DNA from: an uncultured Candidatus Binatia bacterium
GTDB taxonomy: Bacteria > Desulfobacterota > Binatia > Bin18 > CBDCRK01
Direction: 5' to 3'
Assembly: GCA_965220955.1 (NCBI GenBank)
Contig: CBDCRK010000004.1
Coordinates: 23,277-87,276, forward strand
Length of the DNA stretch: 64,000 nt
The position numbers were made by a program, and so were the translations under genes. Below are positions 46,489 to 57,134 of the stretch, in pieces (the stretch's first letter is position 1; each line of letters opens with the position of its first letter). The notes under the pieces were generated by a model. It was not told the origin of the DNA, did not search any database, and was given only the letters and a program-made list of their open reading frames with translations.

Positions 46489-46650
46489 GGGGCTGCCCTC
46501 CTTAATACATTCAGCAATACTCAGCCTTCAGCCATTACTAGGTTTCTAGCCTATTTGGTCTTTCTCGACAAATCCCAAGACCACCCCTTTCCTGGTAGCC
46601 TATTCCCGGCTATAATGCCTTTCTTCTCAGGAAGTAGAAAGGTCATATGT

Positions 46651-48400
46651 ATGAAGATTCTGGTTGCTGAAACCGCGGGCTTTTGCTGGGGCGTCCGCCG
46701 CGCCCTTGATCAGGCAGTAGACTTGGCCAAGAAAACCGATGGCCCTGTACAGACCTTCGGACCACTGATCCATAACGCCCAGGTCATGGAAGAGCTGACC
46801 GACCAAAACATCCATGCCCTGGAACAGGTCGAGGACGTCCGTGGAGGTCCGGTGTTGGTGCGAGCCCATGGGGTTAGGGCCTGAGGTCTTTGACCAGTTG
46901 CGAGCAACCGGGGCCGAGGTGTTCGACGCTACCTGTCCACTGGTCCGTAAAGTCCAGAAGATTATCACCAAATATGAGGATCAGGAATACGACATTGTTA
47001 TTGTTGGAGACGATCACCATGCAGAGGTAGTAGGACTCAGAGGCTATGCGCGTGACCGCTGCTATGTTGTTGCGGATGAAAACGAAGCTGACCAACTCCC
47101 AGAGTTTGACAAAGTATGCGTTGTCTCCCAAACCACACAGAATGACGGGACATTTGATCGGGTGGTAGAGAAAGTGAGAGAAAAAGCCCGGGTGGTACGA
47201 GCAATGAACACCGTTTGTGAACCCACCCGCGACCACCAGACCGAAACTATAGACCTGGCCAAGCGGGTGGACCTTATGGTGGTGGTTGGCGGCCACCATA
47301 GCGCCAATACCTGCCGCCTGGCCACACTAGCCGAGGACGAAGGGGCTCAGGTCCTCCACATTGAGACCGATGGCGAGATAACCGAAGAGCAGTTTCAAGA
47401 TTGTAACACTATAGGCGTAACTGCCGGTGCTTCTACTCCGGAGTGGATGATCAACCGGGTAGTGGAGAAGATTGAGTCGTTTAACCGTGAGCCCGCGAGT
47501 CGTCTACACACACTGGTAAAGAAGGCAGCTGCCTTCATTGTTGCCACTAATGTCTACGTGGGAGTTGGTGCCGCGGCCCTGACTCTTGCCACCACCCTTC
47601 TTCTCAATCCGGCAACCGCTTCGGCCCTGCTCCTCTCCCTTATGATCATAGCTGGATTTCATGTCCTGGCTACCCACTCTATTGGCCGTTACGGTGAACA
47701 TTCCTATTATAGTGGACAGGGGACCTTGTCTCCTACTGCCCACAAGCGCTTCCAGAAGATGGTGATGGGGGTGGGGATTGTTGCTATGGGCGTGTCCTTG
47801 GGGCTTGCCGCCTTTCTGGGACCCATTCCGCTTCTTGTAGTCCTGGCCGCCGGACTCCTGAGCTCCCTCTATGGGGTTAAGGTTATCCCGTTGCGCTGGG
47901 CCAGGCATGTCATGGGAGTACGTCGCATTAAAGACTTGCCTGCTTCCAAGGACATCTCGTCTGCCCTGGGATGGACCCTGGTAGTAGGGGTGCTTCCTTT
48001 AGTTAGCGTGGGAACATCCTCATGGTTAAGGGCCTTAGGGGCGCTGGCGTTTGTCTTCCTGCTTGTCTTTGTCCGCTCAGCACTGCTGGGAGTCCGCGAC
48101 GCGCAGGGAGACAAGATTATGGGGATGGAAACTATTTTTAGAGTGGTGGGTAAAAGAAGAACCAAAGAAGTGCTTATTACTCTGACAGCCGCTCTTACCC
48201 TTATCCTTTTTGCTCTGACCCTCCCCTGGAGAGGTCTCCCCCTGGCGGTTTTTCTTCTGGCTGTGGTTCCCTACGTCTGTGGGGGAAGCTGGTCCTATCA
48301 CCGTCGCCTTTTGCCTAAAGGGGCGGCAGGAGAGCTGCTTGTAGATGGGCAGTTTCTTCTTGCTGGATTTATGACCCTGTGGTGGCGAATGTATAGTTAG
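46651..48400 (+). pseudogene. ispH: IspH (HMBPP reductase) fused to a C-terminal polytopic UbiA-like membrane domain, with one frame break in a GGG run near 46877-46879
   Basis: MKILVAETAGFCWGVRRA...VRAHGV then (frame shift) PEVFDQLRATGAEVFDATCPLVRKV...SQTT...VVGGHHSANT...GVTAGASTPEW are the IspH hallmarks. About 250 further residues form 7-8 hydrophobic helices and carry RIKDLPASKD and DAQGDKIMGMETIFRVVG (UbiA-type second Asp-rich motif). Confidence 0.75.
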
Positions 48401-48412
48401 TTTCTTTATCTG

Positions 48413-48709
48413 GTGAAGCGCTTCTCTCCGTCTTACAAAGCCCGCTGCCTTACCGCCTTAGAAAGCTTTGCCCGGTCAAGTGACCGGATTGTTCGCCTTC
48501 AGCCTTATACAGACCCAACGGCAGTCTGTGTCCTATGTGGCAAAGAAGCAATCATTCGCTGTGTGCCTTTGCACAATACCCGCACCGGTGAACAAATCAT
48601 TGTTGGCTCTGAGTGCGCGCAAAATTACCGGGTGTTTCTGCGTGAGCTGCGCAAGCGCCAGAGAAACCGGCGGGCGGCGTACCGCTTGCAGGAAGAAAAA
48701 ACTCCCTAG
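48413..48709 (+). CDS. Small hypothetical protein with a zinc-ribbon-like Cys pattern
   Basis: 98 aa, GTG start. CVLCGKE...GSECAQNY. Its basic C-terminal tail (RNRRAAYRL) is encoded by one copy of the 15-nt motif. Confidence 0.4.
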   Translation: MKRFSPSYKARCLTALESFARSSDRIVRLQPYTDPTAVCVLCGKEAIIRCVPLHNTRTGEQIIVGSECAQNYRVFLRELRKRQRNRRAAYRLQEEKTP

Positions 48710-50954
48710 AGCGGTTTGCGCTTGAGCTTATCAACCGCTATACCAATTATTCCCCAAGGGTTTATTAGACTCTTGCCAATCTCCCTTATAGTTTGTTCAC
48801 CTGAGTCGGTCTCAATCATCCAACAATTGATCATCAGAGAGTGAGGAGAAGACATGTCTAGACTTCGCCCAACTCTCGCCTATATAATAGTATAATCAAT
48901 CGGGCGGCGTACCGCTTCGGCGGGCGGCGTACCGCTTGTGGTGTGGTGTGGGAGGATGCCATGAAAAAATACGCCCGGACGGCGTACCGTGGGCGGCGTA
49001 CCGCTAGTGCTGAAAATATTCTTCCTGCGGACCTCGGCAGCGAAGCTGAGGCACGCTACTTAAACTACGCCCTAAGCGTTATCACCTCGCGGGCATTGCC
49101 TGACATACGTGACGGGCTTAAGCCAGTACAGCGCCGTCTACTCTTTGCCATGCATCAAAATCTACATCTGTCAGCCGAAGCCAAGCCGCGCAAGTCCGCA
49201 GCGGTAGTAGGGGAAGTCCTGGGGAAATACCATCCTCATGGTGATCAGGCTGCTTATGAGGCTTTGGTCCGCCTGGCTCAGCCCTTCTCTCTGCGTTATC
49301 CACTCATCCATGGAGAAGGCAACTTTGGTTCTATAGATGGGGATAGGGCTGCGGCCATGCGTTACACCGAGGCAAAGCTCACCCTTTTGGCCCAAGAGCT
49401 ATTTGGCGGCGGGCGGCGTACCGCTCTGCAAGAGATTACAGTCCCCTTCCGTCCTAATTACGATGCCACTCTCGAAGAGCCGGTGGTATTGCCTGCCGCT
49501 ATCCCCCAACTGCTTATAAACGGTTCAACAGGCATTGCCGTGGGCCTGTCCACCAACATTCCTCCCCATAACCTCTCTGAGGTGATTGACGGGCTTATAG
49601 CCCTGATTGACGATCCCGAGATCTCCATCCAGGGATTGCTCAAGTACATTAAGGGCCCTGATTTTCCTACTGGAGGAGAGATTCTCACAACCAAGCGAGA
49701 GCTTCGCCAGATTTATGAAGCCGGCCAGGGGACACTACGGCTCCGTGCCAAGTGGCAGATAGAATCACTGCCTCGGGGCAAACAGCAGATTATTATTACT
49801 TCTCTCCCCTACACGGTGAATAAAGCACAGCTGGTGGAAAAAATCGCCGAGTTGGTAGGAAACCGCAAACTTCCCCAGGTGGTAGACGTACGCGATGAAT
49901 CTACTGAAGAGGTACGCCTTACTCTAGAGCTCAAAGGAGACACCTCCGCTGAACTAGCCATGGCCTACCTCTTTCGCCATACTCCCCTGCAGATCTCGTT
50001 TCCCATTAACCTTACCTGCCTTGTGCCCACGGCAAACTCACTGGTAGGGCAGCCCGCACGGGTAACCCTAAAAGAAATGTGCCGCTACTTTCTTGACTTC
50101 CGCATGGAGGTGGTCAGCAAGCAGCTAGAGCACGAACTACAGGAATTAGAAAAACGCTTGCACATTCTTAAGGGGCTCGAACTCATCTCCGGCCGCCTGG
50201 ACCAGGTTATCCAGCTTATTCGCTCGGCTGCCTCGCGAAAAGAGGCACGGGAAAAACTGACGGGCGGCGTACCGCTTGCATCCGGGCCGGTACGCCGAAG
50301 CGGGCGTACCGCTTTCCACCCGGGCGGTGTACCGCTTGACGAGGTCCAAGCCGAGGCCATTCTGGAAACCCGCCTCTACCAACTTGCCCGTCTGGAGCTG
50401 GACAAGATCGAAAAAGAACAGGCAGACAAAGAGAAGCAGGCAAAAGAGCTGAGGAAACTTTTGGGGGACACCCAGAAGCGCTGGTGGCTGATTCGAGAGG
50501 AGTTGCTGGCACTCAAGCAGCACTATAGAGACAGACGCCGTACTAGCCTGACCGCTGGCGAAGAGCTGAGCTATGATCCCGAGGCATACATCGTCCACGA
50601 GGAGGCAACGGTGGTCTTAAGCCGCGACGGCTGGATCAAGCGGGTACGGGAGCTTAAGGATCCTACTAGTACCCGTTTGCGTGAGGGAGATGCCATTCGG
50701 GCGATTCTCTCTGGGACCACCCGTGACCGTCTGGCCCTGTTTACCAACTATGGTGGGCTCTATGTTATAAAAATATACGATGTGCCCGCTTCGACCGGCT
50801 ATGGCGAACCTATTCAGACCATCCTCCGCTTTCAGGACGGCGAACAAGTAGTAAGCGCCAAGCTTGTAAGCGAGCCACCCCAACAGGGGAACGGCAAAGT
50901 CAATGGTCAAGTGAACGGCACGGATCAAGAGAATCTTTCGGGCGGCGTACCGCT
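48672..50954 (+). repeat. Dispersed family of a 15-nt GC hairpin motif GGGCGGCGTACCGCT (about 10 same-strand copies)
   Basis: Exact copies at 48672, 48902, 48922, 48991, 49411, 50262 and 50940. Variants at 48977 (ggacggcgtaccgt), 50302 (gggcgtaccgct) and 50322 (gggcggtgtaccgct). A partial inverted copy is at 50287-50297. No copy was noticed elsewhere in the window. The core GCGG-CGUA-CCGC can form a 4-bp GC stem with a tetraloop. Confidence 0.9.
48859..48888 (+). promoter_or_regulatory. Possible promoter of the topoisomerase operon
   Basis: TAGACT (48859-48864), an 18-nt spacer, then TATAAT (48883-48888). A second TATAAT is at 48891-48896. Two tandem motif copies lie between this region and the GGGAGGA Shine-Dalgarno. 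Confidence 0.3.
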
Positions 50955-51468
50955 CTCTTCTCCGTCTGCGCCACTCGCAGAAGAGGCCACAGATTCGACA
51001 AACTCCCTGCAGAGTTACCTCCTGGCCACCACCAAAGGCCTGGGTTTTCGTTTTCAGCCAAATTTTACCGAGACCAATCGTAACGGCAGAAAGGTAGCCA
51101 GGGTGGCGGAAGGCGACGAGATCGTCTCTATTGAACCCATTACCAGCCCACTGGCGGTATGTGTCACTGCCCAGGGTCGGATAACAACCTTTCCCGTGAA
51201 CGAGGTGGCTGAGCTTTCCGGTCCAGGGCGGGGGGTAATCTTGATGCGTCTTGACCGGAACGACCGCCTGATTGGTGCTGTTACTACTACTCCGAGTGAG
51301 GGCATTACTGTGGTGGACACTGAGGGCAACGAATGTGAGGTGCCTTTGAGGAAGATTTCTCCAGGACAGCGGGCAAGCAAGGGACAGAGAGTCATAAAAC
51401 GCCTAACCCTCACGGGGGTGCGGAATAAGGTTGCGGAGGGAGGGATGAACAGTCATGACAACGCTTAA
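48961..51468 (+). CDS. Type IIA topoisomerase subunit A (GyrA/ParC family; ParC-like, since no canonical GyrA box was seen)
   Basis: [23 protein letters not shown], active-site [29 protein letters not shown]. The C-terminal domain begins [12 protein letters not shown], without a QRRGGKG-type box. Start taken at ATG 48961, after GGGAGGA. The ORF is open from 48943. Confidence 0.85.
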   Translation: MKKYARTAYRGRRTASAENILPADLGSEAEARYLNYALSVITSRALPDIRDGLKPVQRRLLFAMHQNLHLSAEAKPRKSAAVVGEVLGKYHPHGDQAAYEALVRLAQPFSLRYPLIHGEGNFGSIDGDRAAAMRYTEAKLTLLAQELFGGGRRTALQEITVPFRPNYDATLEEPVVLPAAIPQLLINGSTGIAVGLSTNIPPHNLSEVIDGLIALIDDPEISIQGLLKYIKGPDFPTGGEILTTKRELRQIYEAGQGTLRLRAKWQIESLPRGKQQIIITSLPYTVNKAQLVEKIAELVGNRKLPQVVDVRDESTEEVRLTLELKGDTSAELAMAYLFRHTPLQISFPINLTCLVPTANSLVGQPARVTLKEMCRYFLDFRMEVVSKQLEHELQELEKRLHILKGLELISGRLDQVIQLIRSAASRKEAREKLTGGVPLASGPVRRSGRTAFHPGGVPLDEVQAEAILETRLYQLARLELDKIEKEQADKEKQAKELRKLLGDTQKRWWLIREELLALKQHYRDRRRTSLTAGEELSYDPEAYIVHEEATVVLSRDGWIKRVRELKDPTSTRLREGDAIRAILSGTTRDRLALFTNYGGLYVIKIYDVPASTGYGEPIQTILRFQDGEQVVSAKLVSEPPQQGNGKVNGQVNGTDQENLSGGVPLSSPSAPLAEEATDSTNSLQSYLLATTKGLGFRFQPNFTETNRNGRKVARVAEGDEIVSIEPITSPLAVCVTAQGRITTFPVNEVAELSGPGRGVILMRLDRNDRLIGAVTTTPSEGITVVDTEGNECEVPLRKISPGQRASKGQRVIKRLTLTGVRNKVAEGGMNSHDNA

Positions 51469-53380
51469 AAGTGAGGCAAATGGTTATACCGCCAAAGACA
51501 TCACCGTCCTTGAGGGCTTGGAACCTGTTCGTAAACGCCCGGGCATGTATATTGGCGGGGTAGACAGCCCTGGTCTTCACCACTTGGTGTGGGAGCTCCT
51601 AGATAACGCTGTAGACGAAGCCATCAACGGGTACGCAAGCCGCATTGAGGTCAACCTGCACAAAGATGGCTCCACCATTACCGTTACGGATAATGGCCGG
51701 GGGATTCCCGTTGACATGCACCCAAAGTTCAAAAAAACTGCTCTGGAGCTAATCCTTACTACGTTGCACGCTGGCGGCAAGTTTGCTGACCATCTCTACT
51801 CTCATGCTGGCGGGTTACACGGTGTGGGCGCATCGGTAGTCACGGCGCTTGCGGATAAATTGATTGCTCAAGTAAAGCGTGATGGATTTATCTGGGAACA
51901 GACCTTTTCTCGGGGAAAGACTACTTCACGCCTCAAGCAAATCGGCAAAGCACAGGATACGGGAACCACCATTACTTTTCACCCAGATCAGGACATTTTT
52001 CCTTCTATTACTTTCAAGCCCAGGCTGATTGCCGAACGACTAGAGGCAAAGTCATACCTGCATAAAGGGCTGAGGCTGACTTTCCGCAACGAGCAAACCG
52101 GAGAGGAGACTCGCTACTATCACCAGGACGGGCTTAAGGCCTACTTAGAAAAAGTTGTTAAGGAAAGAGAAAGAAAGCCAGTCATTGGCGAGGTTTTCTC
52201 TCTAGAACGCCGCGAAGAGCCACCGCTGGAGTGTGTACTGACCTGGACCGAAGCTACAGACGAAACCATGCTTACGTTTGTCAATGGAATTCCTACGCCA
52301 TTTGGAGGAACCCACGAAAGCGGGCTAAAGAGCGGGTTGGTCAAAGCAGTGCGCAACTACCTCAGCGTTCACGATCTTATCCCCAAAGGGCTCACTGTGA
52401 CCGCCGAAGACATCCGTGAGGGACTGGTTGCCATTCTCAGTCTCTATCTTACCCTCCCTCAGTTCCAGGGGCAGACCAAAGAAAAACTGGGCAACCCTGA
52501 GGTGACAGCCCAGATCGACGGGCTTATCCGCACCTCTCTGGAGAACTTTCTGTTGCACAACCGCTCGCTTGCCGATGCCATTGTTAACCGCATCATTCTT
52601 GCGGCCAAAGCCCGCACCGCCTCGCGAGCAGCAGCGGAAACGGTCAAAGGTAAAGGCTCTGTCTCCCACCGCCTTAACCTCCCTGGCAAGCTTGCCGACT
52701 GCACCTCAACCAATCCCGCAGTCAGCGAGCTGTTTATTGTTGAAGGGGACTCGGCCGGTGGTTCTGCCAAACAGGCACGCGACCGCGGATTTCAGGCGGT
52801 TTTGCCGCTGCGAGGCAAGGTGCTCAACACCGAGCAAGCCTCTCTTGCCAAGGTGCTCACCAACAAGGAACTCACCGACCTGGTTTCAGCCCTGGGGTGC
52901 GGGGCAGGCAAGAGCTTCTCACTGGAGAAACTCCGTTACCACAAAATCTGCCTGCTTATGGATGCCGACTCTGATGGCAACCACATCTGTACCCTGCTTC
53001 TTACTTTCTTCTACCGTCACCTTCCTGAGCTTATTCACCAGGGTCACCTCTACATTGCCCAGCCCCCGCTTTACAAGATCGAGGCAGGTAAAGAGACTTT
53101 CTGGGCACGCGACGATGGAGAAAAGGAGAGCATCCTGAGTAACCGCAACGGAAACCGAGAAAAGACTCAGGTACAGCGCTTCAAAGGCTTAGGGGAGATG
53201 AATCCACGGACACTCAAGGAAACAACCCTTGATCCCCAAAGTCGCTCGCTGCTGCGCGTGACCATTGATGACGCCGCCCGCACAGAGGCCAGCATTCAGA
53301 CCCTTATGGGCCGGGAGGTCCAGCCCCGTTTTGCCTTCATTATGGGGCGGGCACCCAAGGTCGAAGAGCTGGACGTGTAG
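51455..53380 (+). CDS. Type IIA topoisomerase subunit B (GyrB/ParE family)
   Basis: [24 protein letters not shown], the Toprim segment [31 protein letters not shown], and [10 protein letters not shown]. Overlaps the subunit A gene by 14 nt. Confidence 0.9.
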   Translation: MTTLKSEANGYTAKDITVLEGLEPVRKRPGMYIGGVDSPGLHHLVWELLDNAVDEAINGYASRIEVNLHKDGSTITVTDNGRGIPVDMHPKFKKTALELILTTLHAGGKFADHLYSHAGGLHGVGASVVTALADKLIAQVKRDGFIWEQTFSRGKTTSRLKQIGKAQDTGTTITFHPDQDIFPSITFKPRLIAERLEAKSYLHKGLRLTFRNEQTGEETRYYHQDGLKAYLEKVVKERERKPVIGEVFSLERREEPPLECVLTWTEATDETMLTFVNGIPTPFGGTHESGLKSGLVKAVRNYLSVHDLIPKGLTVTAEDIREGLVAILSLYLTLPQFQGQTKEKLGNPEVTAQIDGLIRTSLENFLLHNRSLADAIVNRIILAAKARTASRAAAETVKGKGSVSHRLNLPGKLADCTSTNPAVSELFIVEGDSAGGSAKQARDRGFQAVLPLRGKVLNTEQASLAKVLTNKELTDLVSALGCGAGKSFSLEKLRYHKICLLMDADSDGNHICTLLLTFFYRHLPELIHQGHLYIAQPPLYKIEAGKETFWARDDGEKESILSNRNGNREKTQVQRFKGLGEMNPRTLKETTLDPQSRSLLRVTIDDAARTEASIQTLMGREVQPRFAFIMGRAPKVEELDV

Positions 53381-53388
53381 GATCTCAC

Positions 53389-53643
53389 ATGCAAAGCAAG
53401 GTATCGGTAAGAGGACAAACCGTTATCCCCTGGGAGATCCGCAAGACCCTGGGCATCACCCCCAACACAGTCCTTCACTGGCAGGTCCAGGACGGAGCCA
53501 TCCTGGTGTACCCAGTGCCGTCCGACCCCGTGAAGGCCTCTCTAGGTATCCTCAAGGGCAGGGGCACTTTCCAGGAGTTCCTTCGAGAACGGAATGAAGA
53601 GCGGGCCAGGGAACTTCGCCTCCCCTATAAAGCCCGTCGCTAG
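53389..53643 (+). CDS. AbrB/MazE/SpoVT-family antitoxin-like DNA-binding protein
   Basis: MQSKVSVRGQTVIPWEIRKTLGITPNTVLHWQVQDGAILVYP is a SpoVT-AbrB swapped-hairpin domain. It starts 9 nt after the subunit B stop. No cognate toxin ORF follows. Confidence 0.7.
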   Translation: MQSKVSVRGQTVIPWEIRKTLGITPNTVLHWQVQDGAILVYPVPSDPVKASLGILKGRGTFQEFLRERNEERARELRLPYKARR

Positions 53644-53706
53644 TCCTATCCTAAGGTAGCCGCCTTCCACAGTGACCTGAGCAAAAAAGGGCAAGGAGAG
53701 GAAGGG

Positions 53707-56700
53707 TTGGCTGACTTAAACGATAACCTCGCAAGACTCAAACCGGACGTCATTGTCCGGGGACCGATCTTCCCTGAGCCGGTTCAAGTGATTGTAGCGG
53801 TCCCGATGGGTGACTCCGTCAAGCTTGTTGGTAAGGGACTCAACACCGGTCAGGTCCACGAGCCAATCCTCAATGCTGAGCAACTGGCACAGTTAGAGGC
53901 TACCCCAGACAAGGAGCCGTTTGACGGCGACCCGAAAAAGTTCCGTATTGGGCTCGAGGCATTGCGCCTGGCTTTGGCCTATGAGTACGATCCCTATTTC
54001 TCGCTCTCTATTGCGCGGGTGGACCCTCTCCCTCATCAGCTTGAAGCGGTCTATGACTATTTTCTGAAGCTGCCCCGTATCCGCTTCCTACTTGCCGATG
54101 ACCCTGGTGCAGGCAAAACCATCATGGCTGGCCTGCTCTTGAAGGAACTTAAAATACGAGGGCTGGTTCAGAGGACGCTCATTGTCACACCCGCCAACCT
54201 TTCGTTCCAGTGGCAGCGGGAGATGAAAGACAGATTTCGAGAGAGCTTCGAGGTCATCCGCAGCGACATTCTGCGGGCAAACTATGGCTCCAACCCCTGG
54301 CAGGAAAAAAACCAGGTGATTACCTCAGTGTCCTGGGTCTCGCGCATTGAGGATGCCAGGGAAAGTCTCCTGCGCAGTCACTGGGACCTCATTATTGTGG
54401 ACGAGGCGCATAAAATGAGCGCCTATAGTGCGGATAAAAAGACCCTGACTTACCAACTGGGTGAAGCCCTTTCCACAATGACCGACCATTATCTGCTGAT
54501 GACGGCAACGCCCCACAAGGGCGACCCGAAGAATTTTTGTCTCTTTCTCGAACTCCTGGACCGCGATGTCTACGGTGACGTGAAGAGCCTCGAAGAGGCT
54601 ATGCGTCGCAACAATGCCCCCTTCTATCTACGCCGGACCAAAGAGGCCCTGGTCACGTTCCCCGACCCGGACACCGGTCAAATCAAGAAGATCTTTACCA
54701 ACCGCGATGTCCAGACCGTCGAGTTTCACATTGATGAGGATGAATGGGATTTCTATGATGCTCTGACCCGCTACGTTGAAGACCAATCCATCAAGGCGTC
54801 AGTGGATGATTCCGCACGTGGCCGGGCGCTGGCGTTTAACATGGCCATGCTACAACGCCGATTTGCCTCCAGCATCTATGCGGTGCGGCGTAGCCTGGAG
54901 CGCATGCGGGATAAGCGCCAGAAAATTCTCGACGATCCAGAAGCTTACCGGCAGGAGCAGATCACCAGGAGGCTCCCGGACGACTTTGACGAGCTTCCCG
55001 AAGAGGAACAGCAGGAAATCATTGAGTCTCTGGAGGGAATGGTTGCCTCGGTTGAACCCGCTGCCCTCAGGGAAGAAATACTCCAGCTTAGTGAGCTCAT
55101 CGACCAAGCTGGGGTTCTGGAGAAGCGCGAGGTTGAATCAAAGCTAGTGAGACTCAGGCAAGTCCTCACCGAGCAGGGCATCTTTCAGAACCCTAAGATG
55201 AAGCTCCTGCTCTTCACGGAGCATAAGGAGACTCTCGACTACCTGATTGGCAAGCTTCAGGAATGGGGACTGTCCGTTACCCGGATCCATGGCAGTATGA
55301 AGATCGGAGATCGGGATACCCCAGGTACTCGCATCTATGCTGAGCGGGAATTCCGAGAAGAATGCCAGGTCATGGTGGCTACCGAAGCGGCAGGCGAAGG
55401 CATCAACCTGCAATTCTGCTGGTTCATGATCAACTATGACATCCCGTGGAACCCGGTGCGCCTGGAACAACGGATGGGACGCATCCACCGTTACGGCCAG
55501 GAGCACGACTGCCTGATCCTGAACTTTGTTGCCATCAACACACGCGAGGGACGTGTCCTGCAAAGACTCCTGGAACGGCTGAGGGAAATCCGCAAGGAGC
55601 TGGGAACCGATCAGGTTTTTGACGTGGTGGGTGAGGTCTTCCCGGCTAATCTGCTGGATAAGATGTTCCGGGACCTGTACGCCAATAAGGTGGATGTACC
55701 AGATATAGAAGCCCGTATTGTCCAGGATATCGACGCTCGGAGGTTTCGGGCAATCACCGAGTCAACCCTGGAAGGACTGGCCAAACGTGAACTCAACCTC
55801 TCCGTGCTTATTGGTAGGTCTGCTGAGGCCCGTGAGCGTTGCCTCGTCCCTGAGGTGATCGAGAACTTCTTTGCCCAGGCTGCCCCTCTGGCCGGAATCC
55901 ACCCCAGGGAGACCAGGGCAAACACGCATGTCTACCGAATCGGCCGGGTTCCCCGGACCTTATGGCCCATTGGCGAGCGCCTGGAACCGCGCTTTGGCAA
56001 GCTAGGCCGTGAATACCGCCAGATCGTCTTTGACAAGGCATTGTTGTTGAAAGACGCCACATCTGAATGGGTGACACCAGGCCACCCCCTATTCGAGGTG
56101 GTACGCGAAGATGTGATTGAGCGTGTTCGCAATGATCTACAACGGGGCAGCCTTTTCTACGACCTTCACCACAAAGAGCCTTATCGCTTGGATGTTTTCA
56201 CCACTTCAATCAAGGACGGTCGTGGGAACCTCCTGCACCGGAAGCTCTTTGTTGTCCAGACCGACCTGGACGGCTCCATGTCGATCAAGCAACCGACCCT
56301 TTTCCTCGATCTTGCGCTTGCACCCCAAGGCACGCCAGTCCCAGAAGAAGCTAGCCTCCCTGACCGGCATGTTGCTGAACAAACCTTGATCGAAAAGGCA
56401 CTCAACTCTTTCTTGGCAGACGTAGCTGCTGAACGAGAGCGAGAGACAGCAATGATTGCCGAGCACATCGAGATCAGTCTCAATGAGCTGATCCACCGCC
56501 AGAACCTCAGGCTTGCAGATCTGCTGGAACAACAGCAGAAAGGCGACACATCACCCCTACTTGCCGCCAATATGAAGCAGATTGAAGACCGGCTCGATGA
56601 GCTCAATGGTCGTCTGGAACGCAGGCGGGTAGAACTCCAGCAGGAACAGCAGTGCACCATTGGCAACATTCAGCACATCAGCCGGGCCTGGGTACTGCCG

Positions 56701-57132
56701 CACCCAGAACGCCAGTCACCTGGTATCGCCCCGATGGTGAGGGACAATGAGATTGAGCGGATCGCGGTCGATACTGTGACGGCATATGAAGAAGCACGAG
56801 GCTGGCAGGTTGAGAGTGTGGAGAAGGACAATCGTGGCTTTGACCTCATCTCACGCAAACCCCACCCAGAAGATCCAGAGACTGCCATCGAGGTACGGTT
56901 TATCGAGGTCAAGGGCCGGGCAACCGTCGGCGTGGTTGCGCTGACAACTAACGAGTATAAAACCGCCGAGCGGCTCAAGAAGGATTACTGGCTCTACGTG
57001 GTCTTCAACTGTACCTCGGCGCCTGAGGTCCACTCAATCCAGGACCCGACACGTCTAGGTTGGAAGCCGCTGGTGAAGATCGAGCATTATCATGTAGGGG
57101 CAGAAGAAATTCTCTCAGCAGAGGAGAATTGA
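53707..57132 (+). CDS. SNF2-family helicase with a C-terminal DUF3883 (restriction-endonuclease-like) domain
   Basis: 1141 aa, TTG start. LADDPGAGKT (motif I), IIVDEAHKM (DEAH), helicase C motifs ...ATEAAGEGINLQ... and ...NPVRLEQRMGRIHRYGQ. The C-terminus has RGFDLIS...IEVKGR...LTTNEYKTAERL...YWLYVV, typical of DUF3883. Confidence 0.85.
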   Translation: MADLNDNLARLKPDVIVRGPIFPEPVQVIVAVPMGDSVKLVGKGLNTGQVHEPILNAEQLAQLEATPDKEPFDGDPKKFRIGLEALRLALAYEYDPYFSLSIARVDPLPHQLEAVYDYFLKLPRIRFLLADDPGAGKTIMAGLLLKELKIRGLVQRTLIVTPANLSFQWQREMKDRFRESFEVIRSDILRANYGSNPWQEKNQVITSVSWVSRIEDARESLLRSHWDLIIVDEAHKMSAYSADKKTLTYQLGEALSTMTDHYLLMTATPHKGDPKNFCLFLELLDRDVYGDVKSLEEAMRRNNAPFYLRRTKEALVTFPDPDTGQIKKIFTNRDVQTVEFHIDEDEWDFYDALTRYVEDQSIKASVDDSARGRALAFNMAMLQRRFASSIYAVRRSLERMRDKRQKILDDPEAYRQEQITRRLPDDFDELPEEEQQEIIESLEGMVASVEPAALREEILQLSELIDQAGVLEKREVESKLVRLRQVLTEQGIFQNPKMKLLLFTEHKETLDYLIGKLQEWGLSVTRIHGSMKIGDRDTPGTRIYAEREFREECQVMVATEAAGEGINLQFCWFMINYDIPWNPVRLEQRMGRIHRYGQEHDCLILNFVAINTREGRVLQRLLERLREIRKELGTDQVFDVVGEVFPANLLDKMFRDLYANKVDVPDIEARIVQDIDARRFRAITESTLEGLAKRELNLSVLIGRSAEARERCLVPEVIENFFAQAAPLAGIHPRETRANTHVYRIGRVPRTLWPIGERLEPRFGKLGREYRQIVFDKALLLKDATSEWVTPGHPLFEVVREDVIERVRNDLQRGSLFYDLHHKEPYRLDVFTTSIKDGRGNLLHRKLFVVQTDLDGSMSIKQPTLFLDLALAPQGTPVPEEASLPDRHVAEQTLIEKALNSFLADVAAERERETAMIAEHIEISLNELIHRQNLRLADLLEQQQKGDTSPLLAANMKQIEDRLDELNGRLERRRVELQQEQQCTIGNIQHISRAWVLPHPERQSPGIAPMVRDNEIERIAVDTVTAYEEARGWQVESVEKDNRGFDLISRKPHPEDPETAIEVRFIEVKGRATVGVVALTTNEYKTAERLKKDYWLYVVFNCTSAPEVHSIQDPTRLGWKPLVKIEHYHVGAEEILSAEEN

Positions 57133-57134
57133 CA

